A model generated the notes under the pieces. That model ran no database searches. It was not told the DNA's origin and saw nothing but the letters and a program-made list of their open reading frames with translations. A stretch of 38,283 bases of DNA from an uncultured Cytophagales bacterium (GTDB lineage: Bacteria; Bacteroidota; Bacteroidia; Cytophagales; JAAEPT01): contig CAYGKP010000002.1 in NCBI GenBank assembly GCA_964350605.1, positions 1-38,283 on the forward strand, written 5' to 3'. The position numbers and the translations under genes were made by a program. Within the stretch, counting starts at the first letter, position 1. Each line of letters opens with the position of its first letter. Shown piece after piece: positions 16,701-24,671 of the stretch.

Positions 16701-17930
16701 CAGCAGGGTGAGAAAAGCTATGAGCTCTCCAACCACTTGGGCAATGTGTACGTGACCCTATCGGACAAGAAGGTGGGGGTAGACTCTACGAGTGACGATA
16801 CCGTTGACTATTACTTAGCGGATGTCCTGAGTGTCCAGGATTACTACCCCTACGGCTCGACGGTTGATGGGCGTAACTCCTTTGGTGACTACCGCTTTGG
16901 CTTTAACGGCATGGAAAGGGAGGAGGAAGTGAACTCCGACAAGAGCGGCTATGACTTCGGCGCGCGGCTCTACGACTCGCGGGTTGCGAGGTGGTGGAGT
17001 CCAGATCCGTTGGAGGCGAAGTATCCAGCTTATTCACCCTATGTTTTCGCAGTTGGAAAACCAACAGTGTTTAAGGATTACGATGGAAGAGACATATATT
17101 TTGTCATCAACATAAAGCACTATAGCGAATTCAGTGATAAGGTTATTGAACATGAGTTGAGAATAAATATTTCTAAAATAAGTGACCCTGATGTTACTCT
17201 TAAAAAAGCCGAAGCGGAGTTAATGGGGCTGGGGATGTCTGAAGGCGAAGCACAGCAATTTTTTGACAATTACAGTGTAATACAGGATGTTAGGGATCTT
17301 CATGTAATGAACTCTTCACTGGGAACTTCACAGAATGATGCAAACGACCTCTGGAATATTGTAAACAGTAACTTGTTAGATATTGACGTGAATGTGGCAC
17401 GGGATGTTGCAGGAAATCCGAGAACACCTAGCGCGGCTGCAGGCACTGTAAATTGGTCAAGAAACTACCACACATCTGTTGAATTAAGTGATGGTTCAGG
17501 AACTTACCATTTCGCAGATGCTTTCACGCTAATCCACGAAGTTGGACACCTTCTGGAAGATTATTACAACTCATTAAGTTCTGAGCAGATTCAAGCAAAT
17601 GCTTATCTGGGTACTCTTCACACACTTATATCTCAATACAGAAATGAATGGAGGAAGCTAGTCCCAGATCTTGAGGACGAAGGCAATCCGTACAATGGTG
17701 AGTTTTATGGAAACCAAGAGCAAATCAGAGAATACATTGCCCAACGAATAGCTGGTCTGTTTGCAAGTGAGCAGTACGAATCAGGACTACCTAAGTACTC
17801 AGGATATCAGATACCGTTTTATTACCAGTATAGCGGCTTGCAAGATATCGGTAACCATAATCCCAGATTCTCCAATCACATTACAGATGATGGGACCGAC
17901 TTAAGAAAAGAGTCATGGTTAGAGCGATAG
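10734..17930 (+). CDS. RHS/YD-repeat polymorphic toxin (about 2,398 aa) with Sec signal peptide and C-terminal HExxH toxin tip
   Basis: The ATG at 10734 gives MNRARAILLMLSALGLQLAAKAQ, a signal peptide. 'LVTYYDGSLRNRQSV...VYDYESRP...AQTVFTPDATGRVERQSMPG' resembles the DUF6443-type module that precedes RHS repeats in Bacteroidota (from memory). There are many YD repeats between about 14960 and 16900, including YYYDQAGSLTQ, YRYNSLGQLTYQ, FWYDKAGQLRL, YEYDADNRIEAV, YQYDQLNRLRQG, YSYDEIGNLTA and FTYDGAGERVSK. The core ends with 'YDFGARLYDSRVARWWSPDPLEAKYPAYSPYVF...KDYDGRD'. Confidence 0.93.
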   Translation: MNRARAILLMLSALGLQLAAKAQSLDYGVSYRLSSSQISGSSMLKAVEPVLGEGELSSQGYDVMVQLRYERTYGLDIEAVAWWKQVIYVVRFYDETELLIREDQDTLKLDHSGSGFNFSPVNLYRSVSRHAELEILSTSSLGNPPPDINLELVFSPQYERAGTLTAPELFVDGSDSIVSWSYVIGSEGFELEWVFIDSEHESLEVINSSNAFDWIRPVRLVSEEQHHFFNEALPAGTVYFRVRGLRDESQQGERGVLQGPWSNVASLVVSPGTMLTGINWQSVVSYAEHGRSKTLVTYYDGSLRNRQSVTSLSTDSLTLVSESVYDYESRPSISLIPTPMQGSQLSFRQGVHAFEGTEPENERLYDRYDGSAPLSTTSKVESYYGGQSGIEQLNADLLPQSEGYAYAQTVFTPDATGRVERQSMPGARLKINSDDAPLDSLHYTRFYYGKPSSTELHRLFGSNVGLSKHYTKEYAVDPDGQVSLTYKDQEDRVIATALTGEAPDNRLPLASYQPELSTFNLDSDNQINNLTGVSHSESKIVKTTPGDQRYYFYYDLEGVIPSGNSALPTLCRTCGYSLHIHIEDPDGKVVYDTLRVFPATPEDPNCGVDTAFTREHNFDTLFTKVGEYTVSKTLYLNEEEIFSTFREVRESAAVALDSAGLVESFLDQLNPSLCDVTCEQHCLTKVYRDNPTWDPQSSLWDSLDHSQQVDSLLLVCVEDTCYGVLDSIFAEVSEAECEGMEGAMLGQLYPDGYWNSEELHTADGHTPVYWAKLDGAVFLDSVGNVLSPSPPDASFYDWDKFVPSWAEELLPYHPEYCIHQKSCLQAVPAKDFARELMQVKSKSAAIFKNYDEINALLNADDFFSNSSALGWGKRGDMVDYMTSFVDEDEYDTDYNGDGYEDSTFTMWRFFELDYLYELSDPALPHNSATEWDMFRAAYLAYREELLQEIVEDEVASNSGCAFQSGEHALFPQPAFPKSESEIDSLYQLDTTGQCAEQCELNVQIWMQALFDNGCSDGDSSYFTTADSLTIASNLLSFCMDSCDASGFLSGALWLDDSLSSDLRIDSVITVLSGYPCGWSDIGTDRDFFCSGHTRELTFTTYQVIDAINDIAAARRDSSAIYSYSTYSGLDTVFSNHVYGNWDPYSIVWKSFLVPTSEIHNYDPLTTLCPGVDSISLVVYDKEDVTYPWWYTCSADASMSEYEYRLLFYFDSLEAKYYEINFVGSNPQCLAGSNHCIQIRFFTQDALGCHYIPRDSIVGVRNPRIDFGCEGRPPCQSGEGFHLHDSNWDWDNQSASCILTDVELSNGQIITTYVTTTGYGYWGQLDVKTDQLEVSLDTCIFNEENFSYHLDWQATRDSCISQQREDLLQEAEAAWQDTLRIWSSDYVEEHFRSCMNEPFDESFYYTTEAGDYHYTLYYYDQAGSLTQTVPPEGVDVLGSSAFNTKGEYQFSVEPNHRLKTIYRYNSLGQLTYQKTPDGGETRFWYDKAGQLRLSQNAKQATEDHFSYTKYDLQGRVEEVGLLDGLALDSTALSAYTPAVYALLDNYSFPEEPTYALSEQTITHYDDPFGGLIAQKYLRNRVSAVEVFDHTSTLVSTTAYSYNPHGHVDRVGVKVGDLPTKVTEYDFDLISGNVNEVRYQPGEADRFYHRYEYDADNRIEAVYTSRDGYIWDREARYFYYAHGPLARVEIGEYNVQALDYAYTLQGWIKAVNMPGALSEETDGFSRDEFGYALGYYEGDYTPAGAVNMGSASQANLWTGNPAGQVLGDGLFTGNIAFMNTDIRQYDSIPGVTGKGNKLMAYQYDQLNRLRQGTSFNDYTGSWSTLTGDQGDMAATYDGMGNILSLTRGNGDNFSYNYNRDGSSELVNNKLRGVGGLHGSNATSNYSYDEIGNLTADASDTMQVEWTVYGKVAKITTPGSTTEFTYDGAGERVSKTVTKPSGTVKTQYVRDAAGQLLSVYIDGVQEEVPLYGSSRLGVWNPMALRDTSHFTAQQGEKSYELSNHLGNVYVTLSDKKVGVDSTSDDTVDYYLADVLSVQDYYPYGSTVDGRNSFGDYRFGFNGMEREEEVNSDKSGYDFGARLYDSRVARWWSPDPLEAKYPAYSPYVFAVGKPTVFKDYDGRDIYFVINIKHYSEFSDKVIEHELRINISKISDPDVTLKKAEAELMGLGMSEGEAQQFFDNYSVIQDVRDLHVMNSSLGTSQNDANDLWNIVNSNLLDIDVNVARDVAGNPRTPSAAAGTVNWSRNYHTSVELSDGSGTYHFADAFTLIHEVGHLLEDYYNSLSSEQIQANAYLGTLHTLISQYRNEWRKLVPDLEDEGNPYNGEFYGNQEQIREYIAQRIAGLFASEQYESGLPKYSGYQIPFYYQYSGLQDIGNHNPRFSNHITDDGTDLRKESWLER
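16687..16743 (+). repeat. RHS-core segment (..TSHFTAQQGEKSYELSNHLG..) that is duplicated downstream at 18666-18728
   Basis: Aligned by eye, the 39-nt core at 16703-16741 (gcagggtgagaaaagctatgagctctccaaccacttggg) matches 18689-18727 (gcagggagagaaaagctatgagctttccaatcacttggg) at 36/39 positions. In-frame peptides are 17/21 identical. Confidence 0.85.
17094..17927 (+). other. Variable C-terminal toxin domain of the RHS protein (about 278 aa, putative Zn-metallopeptidase)
   Basis: It begins right after the RHS core terminus (...DYDGRD, ending 17093). HEVGH is encoded at 17535-17549, followed by LLED. GC falls to about 32-33% in sampled lines (17101-17220), against about 60% in the YD-repeat region. 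There are no Cys residues. Confidence 0.6.
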
Positions 17931-18661
17931 TACTCGTAACATTTGTTGGTTTCTTGTTTAGTGGATGTGTCTCACCAAAGATTGAATCATTGACCTATCT
18001 ATCTGGTGACAGTGTATCTACATTAAGGGCTGGCATGCCGGCTATCGTACTATTGAGAACATCAGGTCTAGGTAAAAAGAGAGCCTCGGTCTCTTTTACT
18101 CGTTTGCCCAGAAAGCCTGTAATGGAGCTGTATTCTAGTGATCACGAGGTCTTAGTAGAATCTTCTGAGGGAATGTTGCCGATTATTCACGATGAAGAAG
18201 CAGGAGACACCCTATTCCTCAAGTCATCAAGCGGAAACGAAGTCTACGACTATTACCTGTTTTTCACTCTCCCTCGCGTTCAACAACCTTATCTATCGCT
18301 ATCTGTTGACAGCACCAGATCGTTTAATGGTGAAAAGGGCTTCATTACGAGATCTGATTACCTCAGCTTGAACGGAAAACTATCTTTTGACTACGATAAG
18401 ACGCTACAGGACCAATGCCCGAACATGTACTTCAACTTGAAATCGGTTAAGGTTTCGTTCAAGGATAATTTGAAAGTTGAGTTTGCTGATTTCAGGGTGA
18501 ACGATCTTAATAATACATTTAGCTGTGACGTTTCCTACCTATCTAGCTTCTTGCTTAAAGAGAAAACAAGATTTACGTTCTACGTAGAGTATAAGGTCGT
18601 CCTTGACTGCGGCTATGAATACACTCACACAGAGATGCTGCACGCTACATATTTCCCATAA
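17915..18661 (+). CDS. Lipoprotein, putative cognate immunity protein
   Basis: The start overlaps the RHS stop by 16 nt. MVRAIVLVTFVGFLFSGC is a signal peptide plus lipobox. It shares the toxin tip's low GC and sits in the canonical position immediately 3' of a polymorphic toxin. Confidence 0.65.
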   Translation: MVRAIVLVTFVGFLFSGCVSPKIESLTYLSGDSVSTLRAGMPAIVLLRTSGLGKKRASVSFTRLPRKPVMELYSSDHEVLVESSEGMLPIIHDEEAGDTLFLKSSSGNEVYDYYLFFTLPRVQQPYLSLSVDSTRSFNGEKGFITRSDYLSLNGKLSFDYDKTLQDQCPNMYFNLKSVKVSFKDNLKVEFADFRVNDLNNTFSCDVSYLSSFLLKEKTRFTFYVEYKVVLDCGYEYTHTEMLHATYFP

Positions 18662-18665
18662 TCCT

Positions 18666-18779
18666 ACTATCTCGCATTTTTCTGCCAAGCAGGGAGAGAA
18701 AAGCTATGAGCTTTCCAATCACTTGGGAGTAGGGGAAGATCACGGAGTGCCAGGATCACTTCTACGCTCGCAAAACTGA
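18666..18779 (+). pseudogene. Orphan RHS-core remnant (degraded, internally deleted)
   Basis: It starts right after the immunity gene's stop. The frame reads TISHFSAKQGEKSYELSNHLGVGEDHGVPGSLLRSQN*. A second short patch at 18745-18770 (gagtgccaggatcacttctacgctcg) resembles the 'SVQDYYPYGS' coding DNA at 16829-16859 (gagtgtccaggattactacccctacggctcg), but with indels. There is no start codon and no intact downstream toxin ORF. Confidence 0.65.
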
Positions 18780-18975
18780 TTCAACTGATCTTTCGATCAC
18801 TTCCGCAGCAATCATTCAATGTTTGCGTACGCATCCCCAAAAGATGCGTAGGGAATGGTAGGCCTCACCCCATCTTTCCCCTAGAAAACTGATTCCAGAC
18901 GTAGATTTCCAATCTTTACGAACGCGTCCGTAGTGTTTTAGCCACACTCATCGCCTCTTCATCGTCTCATTGGTC

Positions 18976-18995
18976 TTGTGTACAGATTGTGTACA
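18976..18995. repeat. Tandem TTGTGTACA-GA-TTGTGTACA, each copy containing the palindrome TGTACA
   Basis: Read directly as ggtc-ttgtgtaca-ga-ttgtgtaca-c-gacc. It lies in the noncoding gap about 190 nt upstream of the 19187 ORF. Function is unknown; it could be an operator-like site. Confidence 0.5.
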
Positions 18996-19186
18996 CGACC
19001 GAATCAATGGAGGAAATCGTTTCCAATGAATATTTGGTACATGAATCACTAGACACATGGTATCATTCGGCATCCATGAAATCTCATAGCATTTCATTTG
19101 CTACATTGGTTGTGCAGTGGTCCTGATGGGGTCGCAAATTTTGTTGGGGTGATTGTCTATCTTAATGCATGAGCTGATCGAGAAAG

Positions 19187-19618
19187 ATGGACTACACTAA
19201 GCTTGTTCGATTCGTAATTCTATCGCTTCTATTCTTTTCGTGCACTAAGAATAACGCTTCATACGTAAGAGTTAAGCACTGTGAATTGGAGTCTGGAAAT
19301 GTTCTGGGAGATGGAGCATATTTTGCAAGAATTAGTTATCCATCATCTAGTATAGATACTTTATCACTCCAGTTGTTTTCCGATCGCCTGGACACGATTA
19401 GTATTAGGTGTTATTCTGGAATGAATTTACCGTGTGCCATTGGATTCCAGGGAGTTAATAAAGAGAGGATTGCAGTTTTGATAAACTCAGATGAGGTCAT
19501 ACCATTTATCCTGGATGAAGAGTTTAGGAATATTCGTCTTCACTTTTATCCGGATGCGGGGAGTATCAAGTGTAATGTTGTGGCCTATGATAGGAATTGT
19601 ATTTCCCCGAGATATTAA
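19187..19618 (+). CDS. Small lipoprotein, possible orphan immunity protein
   Basis: MDYTKLVRFVILSLLFFSC is a signal peptide plus lipobox. The protein is 143 aa. It has very low GC like the toxin/immunity island and lies downstream of the RHS-core remnant. Confidence 0.55.
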   Translation: MDYTKLVRFVILSLLFFSCTKNNASYVRVKHCELESGNVLGDGAYFARISYPSSSIDTLSLQLFSDRLDTISIRCYSGMNLPCAIGFQGVNKERIAVLINSDEVIPFILDEEFRNIRLHFYPDAGSIKCNVVAYDRNCISPRY

Positions 19619-19789
19619 CTCTTTAAGATTTTTAATAAGTGCGGCGCATCACAAAGCCGGATAATCGGCCCCAAGTAGCCCCGCCCGACAACTAAACTGA
19701 CCCTTCCTGTCGATAGAACCGCCGAAGTCGGTACCTTCGCGCCGGATTCAACCTGCGCCAGTACACGCGCGCCCTTTCTCGCTCCCTAC

Positions 19790-21598
<1,809 letters not shown>

Positions 21599-21619
21599 TC
21601 TAACTATTTTTGTTGACAT

Positions 21620-21644
21620 GGAAAGCTAAATTAGTTAGCTTTCC
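21620..21644 (+). terminator. 10-bp perfect hairpin (ggaaagctaa-attag-ttagctttcc) between typA and the next ORF
   Basis: The inverted repeat was read directly. It lies 22 nt after the typA stop and ends 3 nt before the ATG at 21648. There is no U-tract, so it could be a terminator or a translation-control or mRNA-stability element. Confidence 0.3.
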
Positions 21645-21647
21645 CGC

Positions 21648-22523
21648 ATGACTAGTTCGCACGCGTTCCAGATTCTCGATGCCCTGTCGGCGGGGGTAGA
21701 CCCGCAGACCGGCGAAGCACTCCCCGAAAACAGCTTGCTGTATCGCCGCGAAGTGATCCGGGCGTTGCAGATGGCCCAGGATGCTTTGTGGCAACTGGGG
21801 AATCGATTCAGTGATCAGGCGTCTCAGGCGACTTCCCAGGAAGTGGTCTTGCCCGAGGAGTCATCGTTGCCAGTCCCAGTCAGTAAAGATGAAGCAGGCG
21901 AGGAAGAAAGTGACGGAAAAAAGAAGGAGGTAGTGCCCGCGGTTATCGAGCGGGGTTTGATGCTGCGTGCCATTGAAGAGGCCGCCGAGCAAAGCGACCG
22001 CCGGTTGTCGCCCGCCGCCTTGGCCCGTTGGTTACTTGGTCGTGGCAACCTGGAGCGAGCCGGGCGAACCTTCGGTGCGCTTCAAAGCCAATACGGCTAC
22101 CCGCAAATCAAGGCAACCACTGATGCATTTTTCTCGAATCACCCCGAATTGGTCGAGCCACGCCTACGGCCCTGGGATGATGAACCTGTGGCACTAGATC
22201 CGCTTTTCAATCGCTTGTCCGAGCGAGCGGTGGTTCAACTGCGAAGCCTGATTGCTGCGCTGCCCCATTCCAAGGCACGTGGTGGTGCAGGCTACATTCA
22301 AGCTGCACGCGAGCGGTACCCGCGTGCGTTTCAGCCCTGGTCGGCGGAAGAAATTCGGCTATTGGAGCGTGCGGTAAGCCACACGAACGACTTGCAATTT
22401 CTCTCCCACTCGTTTGGGCGCACGCAAGCTTCGTTGCTCGAACAGATCAAGCGGATTCGTTACCGACAGCGAATCGGGAGTGCAACCCCGGTTATTCCGA
22501 GAGATCGACACCCAGCTTCTTGA
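21648..22523 (+). CDS. Hypothetical protein (291 aa)
   Basis: Long ORF with backbone-like composition. The C-terminal 'PWSAEEIRLLERAVSHTNDLQFLSHSFGRTQASLLEQIKRI' looks like a Myb/SANT-like helix-turn-helix. I cannot assign a family. Confidence 0.65.
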   Translation: MTSSHAFQILDALSAGVDPQTGEALPENSLLYRREVIRALQMAQDALWQLGNRFSDQASQATSQEVVLPEESSLPVPVSKDEAGEEESDGKKKEVVPAVIERGLMLRAIEEAAEQSDRRLSPAALARWLLGRGNLERAGRTFGALQSQYGYPQIKATTDAFFSNHPELVEPRLRPWDDEPVALDPLFNRLSERAVVQLRSLIAALPHSKARGGAGYIQAARERYPRAFQPWSAEEIRLLERAVSHTNDLQFLSHSFGRTQASLLEQIKRIRYRQRIGSATPVIPRDRHPAS

Positions 22524-23022
22524 GCACCAGGGGCGTGAGGTCACGGCCCGGTGCGGCATAGAGCAAGTTGGTTTCGCCCATGATCACCGACTGGTTCATG
22601 ACTACGGTGTACCCATTTTCCACAGCCACATCATTGATGGCTGTTTGAATTTTCATGCTCACTGGATTGATCAGCTCGGTGCGCCGCTGACGAAGTGATT
22701 GTTGATGCGAGGCTTTCAAGTCTTGGAGCCCTTTATCCAATTGACGCAGTTCGTTTTGACGTTCCAAGTCCTGTTCCGGAGTTAGGGTACCCGCTTTTCT
22801 TGCATCGAGATAGGCTTGGAGCTTCACTTGGGCAGCTTCCTCTTGCGTCTTGAATTCTTTGGATAACACTTGGCCATACGAAGTCAGCTCTGATTCGATG
22901 CTCTTGGATTCGGGGAGTTTGTCGAGAATGAATTCCAGGCTGGTATAGCCCACTTTGTCTTGGGCCTGTGCAGCGATGGGGATCAAAAGAAGGGCAAATA
23001 AGCCGAGGCGTAGCAGGTTCAT
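22492..23022 (-). CDS. OmpH/Skp family periplasmic chaperone
   Basis: The internal ATG at 23022 gives MNLLRLGLFALLLIPIAAQAQ, a signal peptide. 'KVGYTSLEFILDKLPESK' is followed by a long charged helical region, then 'NGYTVVMNQSVIMGETNLLYAAPGRDLTPLVLKKLGV'. The track's 250-aa version adds a Cys/Trp-rich extension that is unlikely to be real. Confidence 0.8.
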   Translation of the reverse strand: MNLLRLGLFALLLIPIAAQAQDKVGYTSLEFILDKLPESKSIESELTSYGQVLSKEFKTQEEAAQVKLQAYLDARKAGTLTPEQDLERQNELRQLDKGLQDLKASHQQSLRQRRTELINPVSMKIQTAINDVAVENGYTVVMNQSVIMGETNLLYAAPGRDLTPLVLKKLGVDLSE

Positions 23023-23143
23023 GGGAATCAAGAAGTGTTGTTTGGTCGGCTGGTTGCAGAAACCGTACCAGCAGTAGAGTGGGTAGCCGAATTGGCAAGA
23101 ATTACCACAAAGGTGCGTCGATTGATGCAGGGGGGCAAATCCG

Positions 23144-23830
23144 TTAGGCGCGCAGCAACCATCGCAGCTCGGAAAGCACCATGGCTGTGGCTCCCCAAAC
23201 TTGGTGTTCCCCTGATTCGTCTTCGAGGGGAAAATATGGGCCATGCAGGGTAAGACCCTTGGGGTAGTCCAGGTGAATCAGTCCCTCGGTTAAGGCGGAC
23301 TCCCTTGTCAACTCGGCCAAGGGGAAATGGACCACCTGGTCGACTTCACGAGGCTCGGGTATGTACCGATGGAGCTTCTGGCTGAGCGCAACAAATGGGT
23401 AGATCCGAAATCCGCTGGCCGATACGTCAACAGGTGTAAGGCGCCCAACAATGGTATAGGCATCGGCAGTCAAGCCAACTTCTTCCCAGGTTTCACGCTG
23501 GGCCGTCGCTTCCAGCGAGCCGTCTTCCGGTTCGGGCTTCCCACCCGGAAAGGCGATTTGCGCGCTGTGCCAGCCCTCGTAGCTGACCCGCTTGACAAGG
23601 GTGATCTGCCAGTCTCCTGCCAAATCGGGACTGAGCAAGCAGAGCACTGCACTTTCGCGAAGGGGCGCGGATGTGCCGGTCTGTTTCGGCTCGTTTGACG
23701 AGCGTCCACCCTTTACGCGAAGCAATTGATGGGCCTTATCTCCTGGCAGTGGGCCAGCCAGGACAGTTGGAAGTTGTTCGAACAGCTCGGTCATGAGCGA
23801 AAGATGGCCCATACACTGATCATGGGGCAA
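23144..23830 (-). CDS. NUDIX hydrolase, CoA-pyrophosphatase-like
   Basis: The NUDIX box is FPGGKPEPEDGSLEATAQRETWEEVGL. The start is uncertain, with alternative Met codons at 23812 and 23794. Confidence 0.85.
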   Translation of the reverse strand: MPHDQCMGHLSLMTELFEQLPTVLAGPLPGDKAHQLLRVKGGRSSNEPKQTGTSAPLRESAVLCLLSPDLAGDWQITLVKRVSYEGWHSAQIAFPGGKPEPEDGSLEATAQRETWEEVGLTADAYTIVGRLTPVDVSASGFRIYPFVALSQKLHRYIPEPREVDQVVHFPLAELTRESALTEGLIHLDYPKGLTLHGPYFPLEDESGEHQVWGATAMVLSELRWLLRA

Positions 23831-23842
23831 ACGGAAAACGAA

Positions 23843-24421
23843 CTAGCTGGGAAATTGGCCCTGGAAGGCGAAGTCTTCGATCGGTTTGCGCTCGCGGGGT
23901 GCCTTGGCTCGGTCTTTCAAGTCCTCGTGCACCTCTTCAAGAGGGGCAGGCTTCCCGATGGCCATCAGGCAAACGGACTGAATCCCTTCAGGCAAACCGA
24001 AAACATCGCGGGCTTTCTCGGCATCGTAGCCAGCCGCTTGGTGGACTTGAAGGCCTTCGGCAAGGGCTTGGTGGATAAGATTCCCGATTCCCAGCCCCAA
24101 ATCGTACTTGGCCGTGTGATTCGGCTTTCCGTTCTTTTCAAAGAACTCGGTGGTTAGTGCGAGCACTAGCATCGCTGCATTTTCGGCCCAAAGCTGATTG
24201 TAAGGAACCAGTAAATCGAGCAGTCGTTTGAAGTCGGCCTCGTCTTGTCGCAGGGCGTAGATCAGCCGCCATGGTTGCTCGTTGAACGCAGAAGGAGCCC
24301 AACGCATAGCTTCCAGTAATCTAGTAAGTACCTCATTATCAATAGATAATGGCTGAAATCCCATCGGGCTATAGCGTTCTTCAACGGCTGGGAGTAGGGA
24401 AGTGGTCTTGGTTGTCGTCAT
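23843..24421 (-). CDS. Nitroreductase-family oxidoreductase
   Basis: 'RYSPMGFQP..I....L..LLEAMRWAPSAFNEQPWRLIY' is a typical nitroreductase N-terminal signature. The length of 192 aa fits. Confidence 0.85.
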   Translation of the reverse strand: MTTTKTTSLLPAVEERYSPMGFQPLSIDNEVLTRLLEAMRWAPSAFNEQPWRLIYALRQDEADFKRLLDLLVPYNQLWAENAAMLVLALTTEFFEKNGKPNHTAKYDLGLGIGNLIHQALAEGLQVHQAAGYDAEKARDVFGLPEGIQSVCLMAIGKPAPLEEVHEDLKDRAKAPRERKPIEDFAFQGQFPS

Positions 24422-24671
24422 GGGGAGTAAGTTAAATGTCTAAACATATGATGTTGTTACGTAGTTCCCATCGCGTTCAACTGAGTTTTTTTCCGGTCGA
24501 GGCCGTGTTTGTACTTTTTCAAGGGGCTATCTGGATGATTCAGTGTATTTATAACGCTTCTAAATTGCCTCAAACTTCTCCTTGAGAGCAAGATAAATAC
24601 ACTGTATATCAAACAATTAGGCCTCGATTTGCTTTCCACCTAAAGAAGATGAATAAGGCCTCCCTGCGTGC

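Noticed and set aside
21648-22523. Possibility that the 291-aa hypothetical protein is part of a defence or toxin system
   Set aside because: Its composition matches the backbone and it is flanked by housekeeping genes. The only recognisable feature is a Myb/SANT-like helix motif, so there is not enough evidence for any claim beyond 'hypothetical'.
22492-23244. 250-aa version of the OmpH ORF whose N-terminus overlaps the NUDIX gene's 3' end
   Set aside because: The first 74 residues are Cys/Trp/Pro-rich and non-protein-like. The internal Met at 23022 is followed by a textbook signal peptide and removes the overlap.
24457-24639. 60-aa minus-strand ORF in the nitroreductase/actA divergent intergenic region
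   Set aside because: It sits in an AT-rich promoter-type region at the minimum reportable length. It has a basic low-complexity translation and no start context.
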